Below, piece after piece: positions 19,185 to 29,869 of a stretch of DNA of 64,000 bases; within the stretch, counting starts at the first letter, position 1, and each line of letters begins with the position of its first letter. Made by a program: the position numbers and the translations under genes. The notes beneath the pieces were generated by a model. That model was not told the DNA's origin and did not search any database. It saw nothing but the letters and a program-made list of their open reading frames with translations. This DNA is from an uncultured Candidatus Binatia bacterium (GTDB taxonomy: Bacteria > Desulfobacterota > Binatia > UBA9968 > JAJDTQ01): the NCBI GenBank assembly GCA_964291295.2, contig OZ219754.1, positions 1,152,001 to 1,216,000 on the forward strand, in the 5' to 3' direction.

Positions 19185-20162
19185 TTGACCCGGAAGCAGA
19201 CAGATTCCCGGCCCCGCTACACCACCCTCGACTTCGCCAGCAACGACTATCCGTTCCTTGGCGGGCTCACGAGCGGGCGGCACCAGGCGTACGGGCTCGA
19301 TATCCGCTGGCACCATGTGGACCCGCCGAACCGCCTTTTTCGGCGGGTGCTGCGGTCGCCCCGATACGATGTCACGGAGTTGTCGCTGTCGAGCTACACG
19401 ATGATGCGGGAGCAGGGGTGGCGGGCCTACAAGGCGTTGCCGGTCTTCACCTCCCGGCGGTTCCGCCACTCGGCGCTGTTCGTGAGGAGGGGCAGCAGGC
19501 TGGTGAGCGGCGAGCAGCTCAAGGGCAGGCGGGTGGGGGTCCCCGACTTCCACATGACCGCGGCGGTATGGATCCGCGGCATTCTCCAGGAGGAATACGG
19601 CGTCGGGCCGGAGGACATCCGCTGGTTCACCGGCCGGGTGGAGCGCGTCGGCCTGCCCGCGGCCGTCGCCGGCAAGGTGGTGTACGTGGGCAGGGAGGCG
19701 CGGCTCTTCGACTGGCTGCTGGAGAGGAAGCTCGATGCGGTGATCTACGCGCACCGCACCACCCCGCCCGTGCCCGAAGGCTCCGTGCGGTGTCTGTTTC
19801 CGGACGCGGTGGTGCGGGAGAAGGCGTACTTCCGGAAGCACGGGGTGATCCCGATCATGCACCTGGTCGCGCTCAGGGAGGAGCACCTGGAGAAGGGGCC
19901 CGGGGTCGCCCGCAGGCTGGAGCGGGTGCTCCGGAAAGAGAAGGAGTCCTTTTTCCAGCGGCTGCACAGGGTGAGTTCGTCCGGGGTCCTTCCCTGGTTT
20001 TCCGAGTACGTGGACAGCACCGCGGCAGTGGTCGGCCCGGACCCCTGGCCCCACGGCATCGAGGCCAATCGCAAGGGCCTGGAGATGTTCCTCGACTACT
20101 CTCTGGCCCAGGGCCTGATCGCGCGCCGGCCCGACCTGCGCGAGCTGTTCATCGACGTCTGA
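19185..20162 (+). CDS. 4,5-dihydroxyphthalate decarboxylase-like protein (periplasmic-binding-protein fold)
   Basis: YDVTELSLSSY, LPVFTSRRFRHS, LKGRRVGVPDFHMTAAVWIRGIL, PIMHLV, DPWPHGIEANR; TTG start after AAGGAG. Confidence 0.8.
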   Translation: MTRKQTDSRPRYTTLDFASNDYPFLGGLTSGRHQAYGLDIRWHHVDPPNRLFRRVLRSPRYDVTELSLSSYTMMREQGWRAYKALPVFTSRRFRHSALFVRRGSRLVSGEQLKGRRVGVPDFHMTAAVWIRGILQEEYGVGPEDIRWFTGRVERVGLPAAVAGKVVYVGREARLFDWLLERKLDAVIYAHRTTPPVPEGSVRCLFPDAVVREKAYFRKHGVIPIMHLVALREEHLEKGPGVARRLERVLRKEKESFFQRLHRVSSSGVLPWFSEYVDSTAAVVGPDPWPHGIEANRKGLEMFLDYSLAQGLIARRPDLRELFIDV

Positions 20163-20174
20163 ACCGGTCGTTCC

Positions 20175-20765
20175 TCACAACACGAACGGCATGGTGGCGG
20201 ACAGCAGCACGCTCTGGTCCAGCAGCATGGTGCGCTTGCGGATCTTCCATCGACCTTCCACCTTGCGCAGCACGTCCTCGCGCTTGCCGGCGAAGATGTC
20301 GGTGCTGTCCTCCAGTCGGTTGCGGTAGATCAGGATGCGGTAGCGGACGCTCACTTCCTCGGGCTCCGCCAGGCTTGGAGCCGCCCGGATGGCGTGGACG
20401 TTGGAGATGATGCGGGAGACCCGGGGCGGCGGCTCCTCGGCCCAGTGGACGCCGGAGGTGATCTGTCTGATCCGCAGCCGCAGGGTGGACTTGCCCTCGT
20501 CGAACCAGTTCATGTCGCGTCCCTGGCGGCTGTTCTCGGCGTCCCGGCGGCCGAATTCGACGTTCCGCCTCAGGGGAACCCAGTAGGCGATGTCGTCGGT
20601 CAGCAGTTCCAGCCACTCGTCGTAGCGGCGTTCGTCCAGCAGATCGGCCTCGGCGCACAGGAACTCGTGCACCTCCTGGGCCAGCAGCAGATAGGGCAGC
20701 CCCTTGTCGGCAACCGGAAATCCGCCGCCCTCCCGGGGTGCCGGTGTGGTTCTACGGCGCGTCAT
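20175..20765 (-). CDS. Aromatic ring-hydroxylating dioxygenase beta subunit
   Basis: [48 protein letters not shown]. Confidence 0.92.
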   Translation of the reverse strand: MTRRRTTPAPREGGGFPVADKGLPYLLLAQEVHEFLCAEADLLDERRYDEWLELLTDDIAYWVPLRRNVEFGRRDAENSRQGRDMNWFDEGKSTLRLRIRQITSGVHWAEEPPPRVSRIISNVHAIRAAPSLAEPEEVSVRYRILIYRNRLEDSTDIFAGKREDVLRKVEGRWKIRKRTMLLDQSVLLSATMPFVL

Positions 20766-22095
20766 TCATGAGCTCCGCCCAGCGCCGGTAGAAGGCCCGG
20801 GCCCCTTCCTCGGAGAACGACGCCTTGACGGTTACCGCGTCCGGGAGGTTCTCCACGGGCTGCGCGAAACCCAGCCCCATGCCGTAGTGGTAGGGATAGC
20901 GGCGCGCGATGGTGCCCCGGCTGGCCTCGGTGGCATGGACCCAGTTGTCCATGTCGTCGGACTCCACCATGCCCGCCGGCCCGGAGAACCGCATGTAGTA
21001 GCGGCGCAGCAGATCCTTGACCTCCCAGGGCGCGTCCCGGTCCACCAGGTACCAGCGCCATGCCTCGGTCCGGTCCGGCGCCACCGGATGCCACGCCACC
21101 AGGGTGCGGGGAAACCAGGGGTGGAACGAGGTGTTGGGGAAGACGTTGCCGTTGCCGGGAGTGACCGTGACCCGGCCCTTGCGCCGCTCCCGCCGCCGGG
21201 CCTCCACGTCCTTGAAGTACTCGGCCACCGCAGGGTCGTTGGGGAACTCCGGAAACCACGGCTCCGCACCCGCCTCCGGCGGTCCGGTGATGGAGGCGTG
21301 GCCCAGGGCCGGAAACGCCATCAGCCCGCTGGTGAAGCGCCTGGCCTGGTTGCGGTGGACCGAGCCGTGGCGCTCCTGTCCTTCGCCGCCCGGCCCCAGC
21401 CCCGCGATCTCGGCGGACTTGTGGGTGGTGGGGCTGTGATAGGTGTCCCAGGCGAAGTTCTCGGCGGCGAACTTCCAGTTGCACGGCATCCGCCACTTGA
21501 CGATGCCGGCCAGCGCTTCCGAGCCGCCGTTGCTGCCGTCCCGGGCATCCAGCAGCGCGTCCAGGTAGAGACGCATGCCGCCGAGATAGTTGTCGAAGGA
21601 CGGCGCGGACTCGTCCCAGGTGGCCCAGATGGTTCCCTTGTAGACCGCCATCCGGGCCACCCGGACCAGGCCCCACTCGGACTTGTCGAGTTGCTCGCGG
21701 TAGCCCGCCCGGTACTGCGGAACGCCGTAGAGGTCCCCGGGCCTGTTCACCAGAGCGCCGTCGGTGGAGTAGCTCCAGCCGTGGTAGGGACAGGTGAACA
21801 CGGACGTATTCCCCTGATCGTAGCGGCACACCTTCATGCCGCGGTGCCGGCAGGTGTTGAGCAGCACGTGGATGCCGTGCTGCGCATCGCGGGTGACGAT
21901 CACCGACTCCTCGCCCATGCGCGACAGGAAGAAATCACCGGGCGCGGGGATCTGGCTCTCGTGCCCCACGAAAAGCCACGCGCGCGCGAATATCCGCTCC
22001 AGCTCGGACCGGTAGATGTCCTCGTCGACGAAGATTTCCCGGCTGATGATGCCCCGGTTCAGGTCGACCCACGCCCCGTGCCCGCGCTTGCCCAC
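20752..22095 (-). CDS. Aromatic ring-hydroxylating (Rieske) dioxygenase alpha subunit
   Basis: Rieske CRHRG...CPYHGW; mononuclear Fe site [13 protein letters not shown]...TH and ESDD; NVFPN. Confidence 0.95.
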   Translation of the reverse strand: MGKRGHGAWVDLNRGIISREIFVDEDIYRSELERIFARAWLFVGHESQIPAPGDFFLSRMGEESVIVTRDAQHGIHVLLNTCRHRGMKVCRYDQGNTSVFTCPYHGWSYSTDGALVNRPGDLYGVPQYRAGYREQLDKSEWGLVRVARMAVYKGTIWATWDESAPSFDNYLGGMRLYLDALLDARDGSNGGSEALAGIVKWRMPCNWKFAAENFAWDTYHSPTTHKSAEIAGLGPGGEGQERHGSVHRNQARRFTSGLMAFPALGHASITGPPEAGAEPWFPEFPNDPAVAEYFKDVEARRRERRKGRVTVTPGNGNVFPNTSFHPWFPRTLVAWHPVAPDRTEAWRWYLVDRDAPWEVKDLLRRYYMRFSGPAGMVESDDMDNWVHATEASRGTIARRYPYHYGMGLGFAQPVENLPDAVTVKASFSEEGARAFYRRWAELMNDAP

Positions 22096-22197
22096 GCTGC
22101 CTCCACCGTTTGTTCGATGGGAGTGACTGGAGATAGGAGAAGCTCCAATGGAAACAACCGAGGCCGTGGATTGTCAAGGATGGCCGGCCGCCGGCGC

Positions 22198-23424
22198 TCA
22201 GGCCCGCAGCCTGCGCAGGTTCGGCATGAAGGCCGCCGTCACCGCCGCCAGCGCCAGCACGGCGGTGCCCATGGCCAGCGTCGTGCCGGGGGCGCCGATG
22301 AAGTGGGCGCCGATCCCGGCCAGCAGCGCGCCGGCGGGGGTGATGCCGCGATCGAGCATGTAGATGCTCATGACCCGGCCCCGCAGCCGGTCCGGCACGG
22401 TCATGTGCAGCACCATGTTGGACACGGACATGAACATCACCTGGAATCCACCCACCGCCACCAGCATCAGCAGCGACAGGGGCAGGGTGCGCATGAGCGC
22501 GAAAAGGAGCAGGAAGACCCCTTGCAGCACCAGGCCGGCGATCATGAGGAGTCCGGGGCGGCTGACCCGATTGGCGAAGTGGGCCACGCTCAGCATGGCC
22601 AGCATGGCGCCCAGGCCCGGCGCCGCCATCATCAGGCCGAGCCCTTCGGGTCCCACCTGCAGCACGTCCTTCTGGAAGATGGGCAGAAGGGCCTGGTACG
22701 GCATGGCGAACAGGCGGGGCACCATCGCGGTGGTCATGACGGCAAAGATCACGGGATCCGACCAGACATGGCGGATGCCCTCGCGCAGGTTGCTCAGCAC
22801 CGAGGAGCCGGCGGCATCCCGGACCTGCTCCGGAACCCGCATCCGGTAGATCATCCACAGGACGAACAGGTAGGTGGCGCTCTGGATGTAGAAGTTGCCC
22901 GCCAGTCCGACCAGGGCGATGAGCACACCGCCCACGCTGGGGCCGATGATCTTGGTGAAGTTGAAGGCCGCCGAGTTCAGCGCCACGGCGTTCATCAGTT
23001 CCGCCCGCGGCACCACGTCGGGGATGAGCGCCTGCCGCACCGGCTCGCTGAAGGACCACACCACGCCGGTCACCAGCGTGAAGGCGAACAGGTGCCAGAC
23101 CTCCAGCCATTCCAGGCTCACCACCAGGCCCATGCCCAGGGCCGTCAGCAGCACACACCACTGGGTGGCGATCATGAGCCGGCGCCGGTCCGAGCGGTCC
23201 GCGGCCACGCCGGCCAACGGGCTGAAGATGAGAAAGGGCACGAACCGCAGGCCGTTGAGGGCGCCCAGCAGGATGGACGAACGGGTCATCTCGTAGATGG
23301 CCCAACCCAGGGTCACCTGTTGCAGCCACAGGCCGCCGCTGATGAAGCAGGTGCCGGCCCACAGGTAGCGGAAGTCCCGGTTGCGCAGGGACGAGAAGGT
23401 GCTTCGGGAGCCGGCGGTTTCCAT
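22198..23424 (-). CDS. MFS transporter (MFS_3/DHA3-like)
   Basis: About 12 hydrophobic segments, GVAADRSDRRR motif A, VPDRLRGRVMS. Confidence 0.9.
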   Translation of the reverse strand: METAGSRSTFSSLRNRDFRYLWAGTCFISGGLWLQQVTLGWAIYEMTRSSILLGALNGLRFVPFLIFSPLAGVAADRSDRRRLMIATQWCVLLTALGMGLVVSLEWLEVWHLFAFTLVTGVVWSFSEPVRQALIPDVVPRAELMNAVALNSAAFNFTKIIGPSVGGVLIALVGLAGNFYIQSATYLFVLWMIYRMRVPEQVRDAAGSSVLSNLREGIRHVWSDPVIFAVMTTAMVPRLFAMPYQALLPIFQKDVLQVGPEGLGLMMAAPGLGAMLAMLSVAHFANRVSRPGLLMIAGLVLQGVFLLLFALMRTLPLSLLMLVAVGGFQVMFMSVSNMVLHMTVPDRLRGRVMSIYMLDRGITPAGALLAGIGAHFIGAPGTTLAMGTAVLALAAVTAAFMPNLRRLRA

Positions 23425-23431
23425 GCGGCAA

Positions 23432-24580
23432 TCAGTTCGAGGCGTCCGTGGCTGGCGGTTGCCCGCCCGGTGCGGCCATGACCGCCGCCAGGCTCAGTTG
23501 ACGCCGGTCCAGGTGAGCGCTCTTGATGAGGGCGTAGATCTCCCGGCCCGGTGCCAGCGCCAGTTCGCGCACGGCGTGATGCGTCACCAGGGCGGTCAGC
23601 GGGGCCTCGCCGACGTGGAGCCTGAGTTCCGCCAGCGTTGCGGGGTCGCCGCCGCCCGGGCCGATCTCCACCAGGGTGCCCTTGAGCACGTTGCGCAGGC
23701 TCAACCCCCGGGGCGGCTCCGTGGCCACGCTGACGTCACGGGCGCGGATCCACACCCGCACCGCCGCCCCCGGGGGGATATCCGCCGCCAAGGGAACCCG
23801 CAGTTCGCCGCCGCGAAAATCGAGGTGCGTGAGACCCGCCGCGGCATCGTGACGGGAAACTCGCGTGGCCAGCAGGGTGCCGGTCTCGTTCCCCTCTTCC
23901 GGCGACCGCAGCTCCGGGTCGCCCAGGATCTCGCCGGCGCCTCCCGACCGGACGACCCGGCCTTCGGCCACCAGCACCAGGTTGCGCGCCAGACGGGACA
24001 CTTCGTCCAGGGAATGGCTCACGTAGAGGATGGGAATGCCCATCTCGTCCAGCCGCTCGATGTAGGGCAGGATCTCGTTCTTCATGAGCACGTCGAGGGA
24101 GGCCAGCGGCTCGTCCATCAGCAGCGCCCGGGGGTTGCTCAGCAGCGCCCGCCCCACCGCCACGCGCTGTTTCTCGCCGCCGGAGAGGGAATGCGGACGG
24201 CGTTTCAGGAACGCCTTCAGGTCCAACAGCGCGGTCACCCGGTCAAGGGAAAGGCCGCATTCCCCGGCCGGGGCGAAGCGCCGGCCGTAGAGCAGATTCG
24301 AGCGGACGCTCAGGTGCGGGAACAGCCGCCCTTCCTGGAACACGTATCCGAGCCGCCGCTTCCAGGGCGGCAGGTCGATCCCCGCGGCGCCGTCGAACAG
24401 CACGTGCCCGTCCACCTCGATGCGGCCCTCGTCGGGCCGGAGCAGTCCGCTCACCATGTTCACGATGGAAGTCTTGCCCGCGCCGGAGCGGCCGAAAAGG
24501 GCGGTCAGCCCCCGGTCGCTGCGGAACCGGGCTTCGATGCGCAGGTCTCCGAGCCGCCGCCTGACATCCACCTCCAGCAT
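23432..24580 (-). CDS. modC: Molybdate ABC transporter ATP-binding protein
   Basis: GRSGAGKT, YVFQEGRLFPH, LSGGEKQR, LLMDEP, YVSHS, C-terminal TOBE/Mop domain (SLRNVLKG); start ATG 24580. Confidence 0.95.
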   Translation of the reverse strand: MLEVDVRRRLGDLRIEARFRSDRGLTALFGRSGAGKTSIVNMVSGLLRPDEGRIEVDGHVLFDGAAGIDLPPWKRRLGYVFQEGRLFPHLSVRSNLLYGRRFAPAGECGLSLDRVTALLDLKAFLKRRPHSLSGGEKQRVAVGRALLSNPRALLMDEPLASLDVLMKNEILPYIERLDEMGIPILYVSHSLDEVSRLARNLVLVAEGRVVRSGGAGEILGDPELRSPEEGNETGTLLATRVSRHDAAAGLTHLDFRGGELRVPLAADIPPGAAVRVWIRARDVSVATEPPRGLSLRNVLKGTLVEIGPGGGDPATLAELRLHVGEAPLTALVTHHAVRELALAPGREIYALIKSAHLDRRQLSLAAVMAAPGGQPPATDASN

Positions 24581-24582
24581 GG

Positions 24583-25290
24583 TCAGGCGGCGTAACCCCG
24601 CGTTCTCCGGGCGACGTAGCGGCCCAGCACCTCCGACGCCGCCAGCGCCAGGATGGTGACCAGGACGATGATGACGGTGAGGCGCATGGCGCCGGGCTCG
24701 CCGCCGGGCACCTGAAGCGCGGAGTGGACCGCCAGCGACAGGGTACGGGTCTCGCCGGGAATGTTGGAGACGAAGGTGATGGTAGCGCCGAATTCCCCGA
24801 GGCTCCGGGTGAACCCCAGGATGGCTCCCACCACCAAGCCCGGCAGGCTCAGGGGCAGCGTCACCGTGAGGCAGCTCCACAGGCGGTTGGCCCCGAGGGT
24901 ATGGGCGGCGGACTCCAGGCGCCGGTCGACGGCTTCCACCGAAAGGCGGATGGGCCGCACCATCAGCGGAAACGCCACCACGGCCGCGGCCACCACGGCG
25001 CCGGTCCAGCGGAATGCCAGCACCAGGCCGAAGGACTGCTCGAGCCAGGCGCCCACCGGGCCGCGGCGCCCGAGCAGCAGCAGCAGCAGATATCCGGTGA
25101 CCACCGGCGGCAGCACCAGCGGCATGTGCAGCAGACCGTTCAGCAGTTCCTTGCCCCAGAAGCGGCAGCGGGCCAGCACGAAGGCGGCCAGCGCGGCCAG
25201 CGGAAGGCTCACCAGCGTGCTCCAGGCGGCGATCCGGACACTCAGGCGCAGGGCCTCGATCTCCGCCGGGCCCAGGGACCACGCGGGCAT
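24583..25290 (-). CDS. modB: Molybdate ABC transporter permease
   Basis: PLVLPPVVTGY, AFPLMVRPIRL, LESAAHTLGA, FTRSLGEFGATI; start ATG 25290. Confidence 0.95.
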   Translation of the reverse strand: MPAWSLGPAEIEALRLSVRIAAWSTLVSLPLAALAAFVLARCRFWGKELLNGLLHMPLVLPPVVTGYLLLLLLGRRGPVGAWLEQSFGLVLAFRWTGAVVAAAVVAFPLMVRPIRLSVEAVDRRLESAAHTLGANRLWSCLTVTLPLSLPGLVVGAILGFTRSLGEFGATITFVSNIPGETRTLSLAVHSALQVPGGEPGAMRLTVIIVLVTILALAASEVLGRYVARRTRGYAA

Positions 25291-26114
25291 CAGCTGCCCG
25301 GTCCCCGGAGCGCGAAGCCGCGGCCTTCGAACACCGATCGAGCCGCCGGCGACCACAGGAAGTTCAGGAACAGATCGGCTTGTGGATGGGTGCTGGCGGC
25401 GGGGATGGTCACCGTGTAGCGGATGGGCGGATGATATTCCTCGGGAAAGATGCCCACCACCGCGACGCCGGGCTCCGCCTTCGCGTCCGTGAGGTAGACG
25501 ATGCCGTAGGGGGCTTCCCCCCGGGCTACCAGCGCCAGCGCGTGGCGCACGGTGGCGGCGCCGGCCACCCGGTCCGCCACCGCGCGCCAGACGCCGAGGG
25601 TTTCCAGCGCCGCCTTGGCGTACCGCCCGGCCGGGACGTGGCTTGGATCCCCCATCACCAGGTGCCCGTCGCCCACCAGCCGCGCCAGCGGAAAGCCGTC
25701 GTGGATGGGCACGGCGGCGGCGTGCCGGTCCGCAGCCACCAGCACCAGCCGGTTGCCCAGAAGGCTGTCGAGGGTGCCCGGCCGCAGCCATCGTCCGGCC
25801 TCCAGCCGATCCGTCCATTCCGGACTGGCAGACACGTACACATCCGCCGCCGCACCGCGCTCGATCTGTCGTGCCAGGGTGGAGCTTGCGGCAAAGGAGA
25901 CCGCCACCGGCGCGCCGCCGGCCTTCTCGAACCGCCGCGCAATGGTGTCGATGGTGCCCTGGAGGCTGGCGGCGGCGAACACCCGCAGGCGCTCCGCCGC
26001 CGCGGCCGGGCCGGCCAGGGAGGCCGCAAGGACCAGGACCGCGGCCAGCGCACACCCGCGCCCCGGCGGCGTGGCGCGCCGCCAGTTTTTACCCCTGGTC
26101 CCGTTCGTCCACAC
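25290..26114 (-). CDS. modA: Molybdate ABC transporter substrate-binding protein
   Basis: Signal peptide, FAAASL, SFAASSTLARQI, ADVYVSA, GDPSHVPAGRYA, GIVYLTDA, HPPIRY. Confidence 0.94.
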   Translation of the reverse strand: MWTNGTRGKNWRRATPPGRGCALAAVLVLAASLAGPAAAAERLRVFAAASLQGTIDTIARRFEKAGGAPVAVSFAASSTLARQIERGAAADVYVSASPEWTDRLEAGRWLRPGTLDSLLGNRLVLVAADRHAAAVPIHDGFPLARLVGDGHLVMGDPSHVPAGRYAKAALETLGVWRAVADRVAGAATVRHALALVARGEAPYGIVYLTDAKAEPGVAVVGIFPEEYHPPIRYTVTIPAASTHPQADLFLNFLWSPAARSVFEGRGFALRGPGS

Positions 26115-26287
26115 GATATCCGATCCGCCTGAAGTCCGATCCGCCTGAAATTCGCCGCCGGCGCACCCGCCGGCAAGGTCTCGCCGACAAGGTCCCTGTT
26201 GTTTGGCATTTTGTCGTCTATAATACCACGGATGTCACACCCGCCGCGGAAACGGCGCCGGCCCGTCCGCGGCCCCGAAAGGAGATC

Positions 26288-27646
26288 ATGGCTGGAAGAA
26301 AGATCCCCTACGATCCCGCGAAAGCGGAATTTCTGTGCTATGCATCCGCGGTCCCGGCGTTTCTCGACGGCAGCGACACGCCCCGGGCCTATCTTGAGCG
26401 ATGTCTCGAAACCATCGAGGCCGTCGAGCCGGAGGTCAGGGCGTTCGTCCGCATGAATGTGGACGGCGCCCGCAAGGCGGCCGACGTCGCCGTCGCGCGG
26501 TACCGGGACGGACGCCCGCTGTCGGTGGTGGACGGCATGCCGGTGGCCGTCAAGGATGTCCACGAGACCGAGGACATGCCCATGGAGGTGGGCAGCCCGG
26601 TGCTCAAGGGCTTCCACACCGGCTGGGACGGCGCCGCAGTCCACGCCCTGCGCAAGGGCGGCGCGCTGATCCTGGGCAAGACGGTGACCACCGAGTTCGC
26701 CTTCGCCGCCCCCGGACCCACCCGCAATCCCTGGGATGTGTCCCGGACCCCGGGCGGCTCTTCCAGCGGCAGCGCTGCCGCGGTGGCGGCGCGCATGGTC
26801 CCGGCCGCCACCGGAACCCAGGTGCGCGGCTCGGTGCTGCGGCCCGCGGCCTACTGCGGCACCTATGCCATCAAGGCCTCCTACGGCGCCCTGAATACGC
26901 TGGGGGGATTCCCGTCGGCGCCGAGTCTGGCCCATCTGGGAATTCTCGCCGGCACCCTGGAGGACATGTGGGGCACGGCCTGCTACATCTCGCAGGCCGC
27001 GGGCGGAGACCCGGGGCATCCGAGCCTGACCGGCGGCCCCTCGCTGCCGCCCCCGGCGAAGCCCCGGCGGGTGGTGCGGCTCGACACCGCCGGATGGGAC
27101 GTGACCGCGGATGCCGCCCGGGGGGTCTTCGAAGGGTATGTCGGGACTCTGCGGTCCAGGGGCGTGGAGGTGGCGGGCCGGCTCGACGACGCCGCGGTGG
27201 AAGCGCTTGAGCGCAAGCTCCGGGAGCTGCCGGAGGTGATCCTGCGGGTGCTGACCTATGAAGGCCGCTATCCGCTGGCGGTGTACGCCGACCGCTGCCC
27301 GGAACTCCTCAGCGAGCGGGTTCTGGAGCGGGTGGAGGCGGGCCGGGGCCTCACGCCCGACGACTACGCCCGGGCGCTGGAGTGGTGCCGGGACTTCCGC
27401 CGGCAGTGGGAAGCCATGGCCCGTGATGCCGATGCCTTCCTCACCCTGAACTCGGTGGACGCCGCGCCAGTGGGCATGCCGGTGGGCAATGCCATCTACG
27501 GCGAGTTGTCATCGGTGGTCGGCGTTCCCACCCTGAATCTTCCGCTGCTGGCGCTGGACGACATGCCGCTGGGCGTCCAGTTGCTCGGTTATTACCGCAG
27601 GGACCGGGATCTCGTGGGTATCGGCCGCTGGCTGGCGGAGGGCTGA
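26288..27646 (+). CDS. Amidase signature family protein
   Basis: VAVKD, GKTVTTEFA, TRNPW, PGGSSSGSAAAVAA, GTQVRGSVLRPA; AAGGAG RBS before ATG 26288. Confidence 0.92.
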   Translation: MAGRKIPYDPAKAEFLCYASAVPAFLDGSDTPRAYLERCLETIEAVEPEVRAFVRMNVDGARKAADVAVARYRDGRPLSVVDGMPVAVKDVHETEDMPMEVGSPVLKGFHTGWDGAAVHALRKGGALILGKTVTTEFAFAAPGPTRNPWDVSRTPGGSSSGSAAAVAARMVPAATGTQVRGSVLRPAAYCGTYAIKASYGALNTLGGFPSAPSLAHLGILAGTLEDMWGTACYISQAAGGDPGHPSLTGGPSLPPPAKPRRVVRLDTAGWDVTADAARGVFEGYVGTLRSRGVEVAGRLDDAAVEALERKLRELPEVILRVLTYEGRYPLAVYADRCPELLSERVLERVEAGRGLTPDDYARALEWCRDFRRQWEAMARDADAFLTLNSVDAAPVGMPVGNAIYGELSSVVGVPTLNLPLLALDDMPLGVQLLGYYRRDRDLVGIGRWLAEG

Positions 27647-27904
27647 ACCCGGACCGGCCCGTTCGTGGAGGGTCCCGCCGGGCAAGCCGCGCGCTTCGGC
27701 CGGAATCTGTCCCCAAGGGTCGATGTCCCGAACGGTGATGCCGGTGCTCGCGTCAGCACCCACGTCGGCGCCGCCTCTCCCGCCGGCGGCCCGCTCCCGA
27801 TCATCACGCCGTGCCGTCCGAGGACACTGCTCAAGGGCACGCGGCGCCGCACCCGGCTCGATGAGGTCGAACGCGCTCCCGGTGCGGTGAGCGGGGCGAA
27901 TCCG

Positions 27905-27933
27905 TTGTCCGGGAGCGGCCTTCCGTATAAGAT
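27905..27933 (+). promoter_or_regulatory. Possible sigma70 promoter upstream of the XRE remnant and K+ channel
   Basis: TTGTCC-17bp-TAAGAT. Confidence 0.35.
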
Positions 27934-28002
27934 TTCCGCTGGTGCCGCAAGACGGGAATGCAGGCGAGAGCGATGTACGCCGGATGGGAGGGTTCCGTGG
28001 CC

Positions 28003-28161
28003 ATGCAGCATGCCGGTACGCGGTTCAAGGCGCTTCGCCAGGAGCGCGGGTTTTCGCGGGACGATCACGCGCGGCGGTACGGCTTCGAGGACCGGCAGAC
28101 CGCCCCGGCCCTTGAGACCGGTGCGACGGCGGAAGAACAGGTGGCTGCGGTCCTGTCGTGA
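28003..28161 (+). pseudogene. Degenerate XRE-family HTH remnant
   Basis: GTRFKALRQERGFSRDDHARRYGFEDRQTAPALETG resembles an HTH_3 helix pattern (GxRIKxLRxxRGLSQxxLA...TVSxIExG) with substitutions and truncation. Confidence 0.55.
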
Positions 28162-28168
28162 TCCTGTC

Positions 28169-29869
28169 GTGAAAGTCCTGGTCAGCCTGCTGGCCTCCTT
28201 CATGGAGGCCCCCGAATCCCGGCGCAATCTGGGCGTCCTGCTCAGATTCCTCAGTCTCCTCGTGGGCATCATCGTCGTCTACTCCGTCCTCTTTCATTTC
28301 ATCATGGTCGGCGTGGAAGGGAAGGACCACTCCTGGGTCACGGGCTTCTACTGGACCCTGACGGTCATGAGCACGCTGGGGTTCGGCGATATCGTCTTCG
28401 ACAGCGACCTCGGACGGCTCTTCAGCATTCTCGTGCTGCTGTCGGGTATCATCCTGCTGCTCATTCTGCTGCCCTTCACCCTGATCCGTTCGTTCTATGC
28501 CCCGTGGCTGGAAGCGCAGATACGGGGCCGCGCTCCCCGCAAGGTGGCGGACGATCTGGCCGGCCACGTGGTCATCTGCGGCAGCGACGCGCTGGCGGCG
28601 GGTCTGATGGAGCGGCTGGCGCTGTACGGCATTCCCTGCTGCCTCATCGAGCCCGATGCCGCCGAGGCCGCCCGCAAGCATCGCGAGGGGTTGTCGGTCA
28701 TCACGGGGGATGTGGACAGCCGGCAAACCTACGTGAATCTGCGGGCGGCGCATGCGCGGCTGATCCTGGCCAACCTCACGGACGAGGTGAACACCAACAT
28801 CACCATTACGGCGCGGGAGGTGGCCCCGAGCGTTCCTCTCGTCGCTACCGCCACCACCGCGGACTCCATCGACATCCTGAAGCTGAGCGGCTGCACCCAT
28901 GTCCTGCCCTTGCACGATCAACTGGCGGAACGTCTCGCCAACCGCATCAACGCCGGCCACGCCGAAGTGCACGTCATCGGCGGCATCCGCAACCTGCGTA
29001 TCGCCGAGTTCGCCGTGCACAATACGCCGTTTGCCGGCTGCACCATTCGCGAGACGCGAATCCGCGAAGCCACCGGAGTGGAGATCGTAAGCGTCTGGGA
29101 GCGGGGTCGGCTGTTGCCGGCCCTCCCGGACACCCGACTCTCCAACTCCAGCCTGCTGGTGGTGGCCGGCACCGAAGAGCAGATGCTGGAGCTCAACCTG
29201 CTGCTGGTGATCTACGACAACAACTACAATCCGGTTCTGATCATCGGCGGCGGCAAGGTGGGTCGCGCCACCGCCAGGGCGCTCAGGCTCAAGGACGTGG
29301 AGGTGCACCTCATCGAGCGCCACGAAGCCCTGCGGCCGCGCATCGGCGAGATTCCGAACCGCCTCTTTCTGGGCGACGCCACCGACCGGGAATTGCTCAT
29401 GGAAGCGGGACTGCGCAACACCCCGGCGGTGGTGCTGTCCAGCAGCGACGATGCCATGAACATCTACTTGGCGGTCTACTGCCGCCGCCTCAACCCCGAG
29501 GTGCTGATCCTGAGCCGCATCACCCATCCCCGGAACCTCGAGGCCATCTATCGCGCCGGCGCCGATTTCGCCCTGAGCTACACCTCCCAGGGCGTCGAAG
29601 ACATCTTCGCCCAATTGCACGCCCGGGAACTTCTGGTCATCGGCGAGGGCGTGGAGTTGTTCGTGGTGCCCGCGCCCTCCTCCCTCGTGGGCCGCGAGCT
29701 GGGCGGCTGCGCCGTCTCCGAGCGCACCGGCCTCACTGTCGTCGGCGTCCAGCAGAACGGCGTTGTCGTCACCAACCCTCCGCCCTCCACGTTGCTGAAC
29801 CGCGGCAGCGATTTGATCATGCTCGGCAGCACCGGGCAGCGTCAGGCGTTTGCCAGGGATTTCGGGTAG
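28169..29869 (+). CDS. Potassium channel protein with tandem RCK (TrkA-N/TrkA-C) domains
   Basis: Two TM segments flanking the filter YWTLTVMSTLGFGD; HVVICG and IIGGGKVG Rossmann domains; two TrkA-C domains. The start (GTG 28169) is uncertain. Confidence 0.9.
   Translation: MKVLVSLLASFMEAPESRRNLGVLLRFLSLLVGIIVVYSVLFHFIMVGVEGKDHSWVTGFYWTLTVMSTLGFGDIVFDSDLGRLFSILVLLSGIILLLILLPFTLIRSFYAPWLEAQIRGRAPRKVADDLAGHVVICGSDALAAGLMERLALYGIPCCLIEPDAAEAARKHREGLSVITGDVDSRQTYVNLRAAHARLILANLTDEVNTNITITAREVAPSVPLVATATTADSIDILKLSGCTHVLPLHDQLAERLANRINAGHAEVHVIGGIRNLRIAEFAVHNTPFAGCTIRETRIREATGVEIVSVWERGRLLPALPDTRLSNSSLLVVAGTEEQMLELNLLLVIYDNNYNPVLIIGGGKVGRATARALRLKDVEVHLIERHEALRPRIGEIPNRLFLGDATDRELLMEAGLRNTPAVVLSSSDDAMNIYLAVYCRRLNPEVLILSRITHPRNLEAIYRAGADFALSYTSQGVEDIFAQLHARELLVIGEGVELFVVPAPSSLVGRELGGCAVSERTGLTVVGVQQNGVVVTNPPPSTLLNRGSDLIMLGSTGQRQAFARDFG

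Noticed and set aside
26199-26235. ModE box or Moco riboswitch upstream of modA
   Set aside because: Only a TATAAT and a weak partial dyad are visible; there is no convincing ModE palindrome or riboswitch structure.
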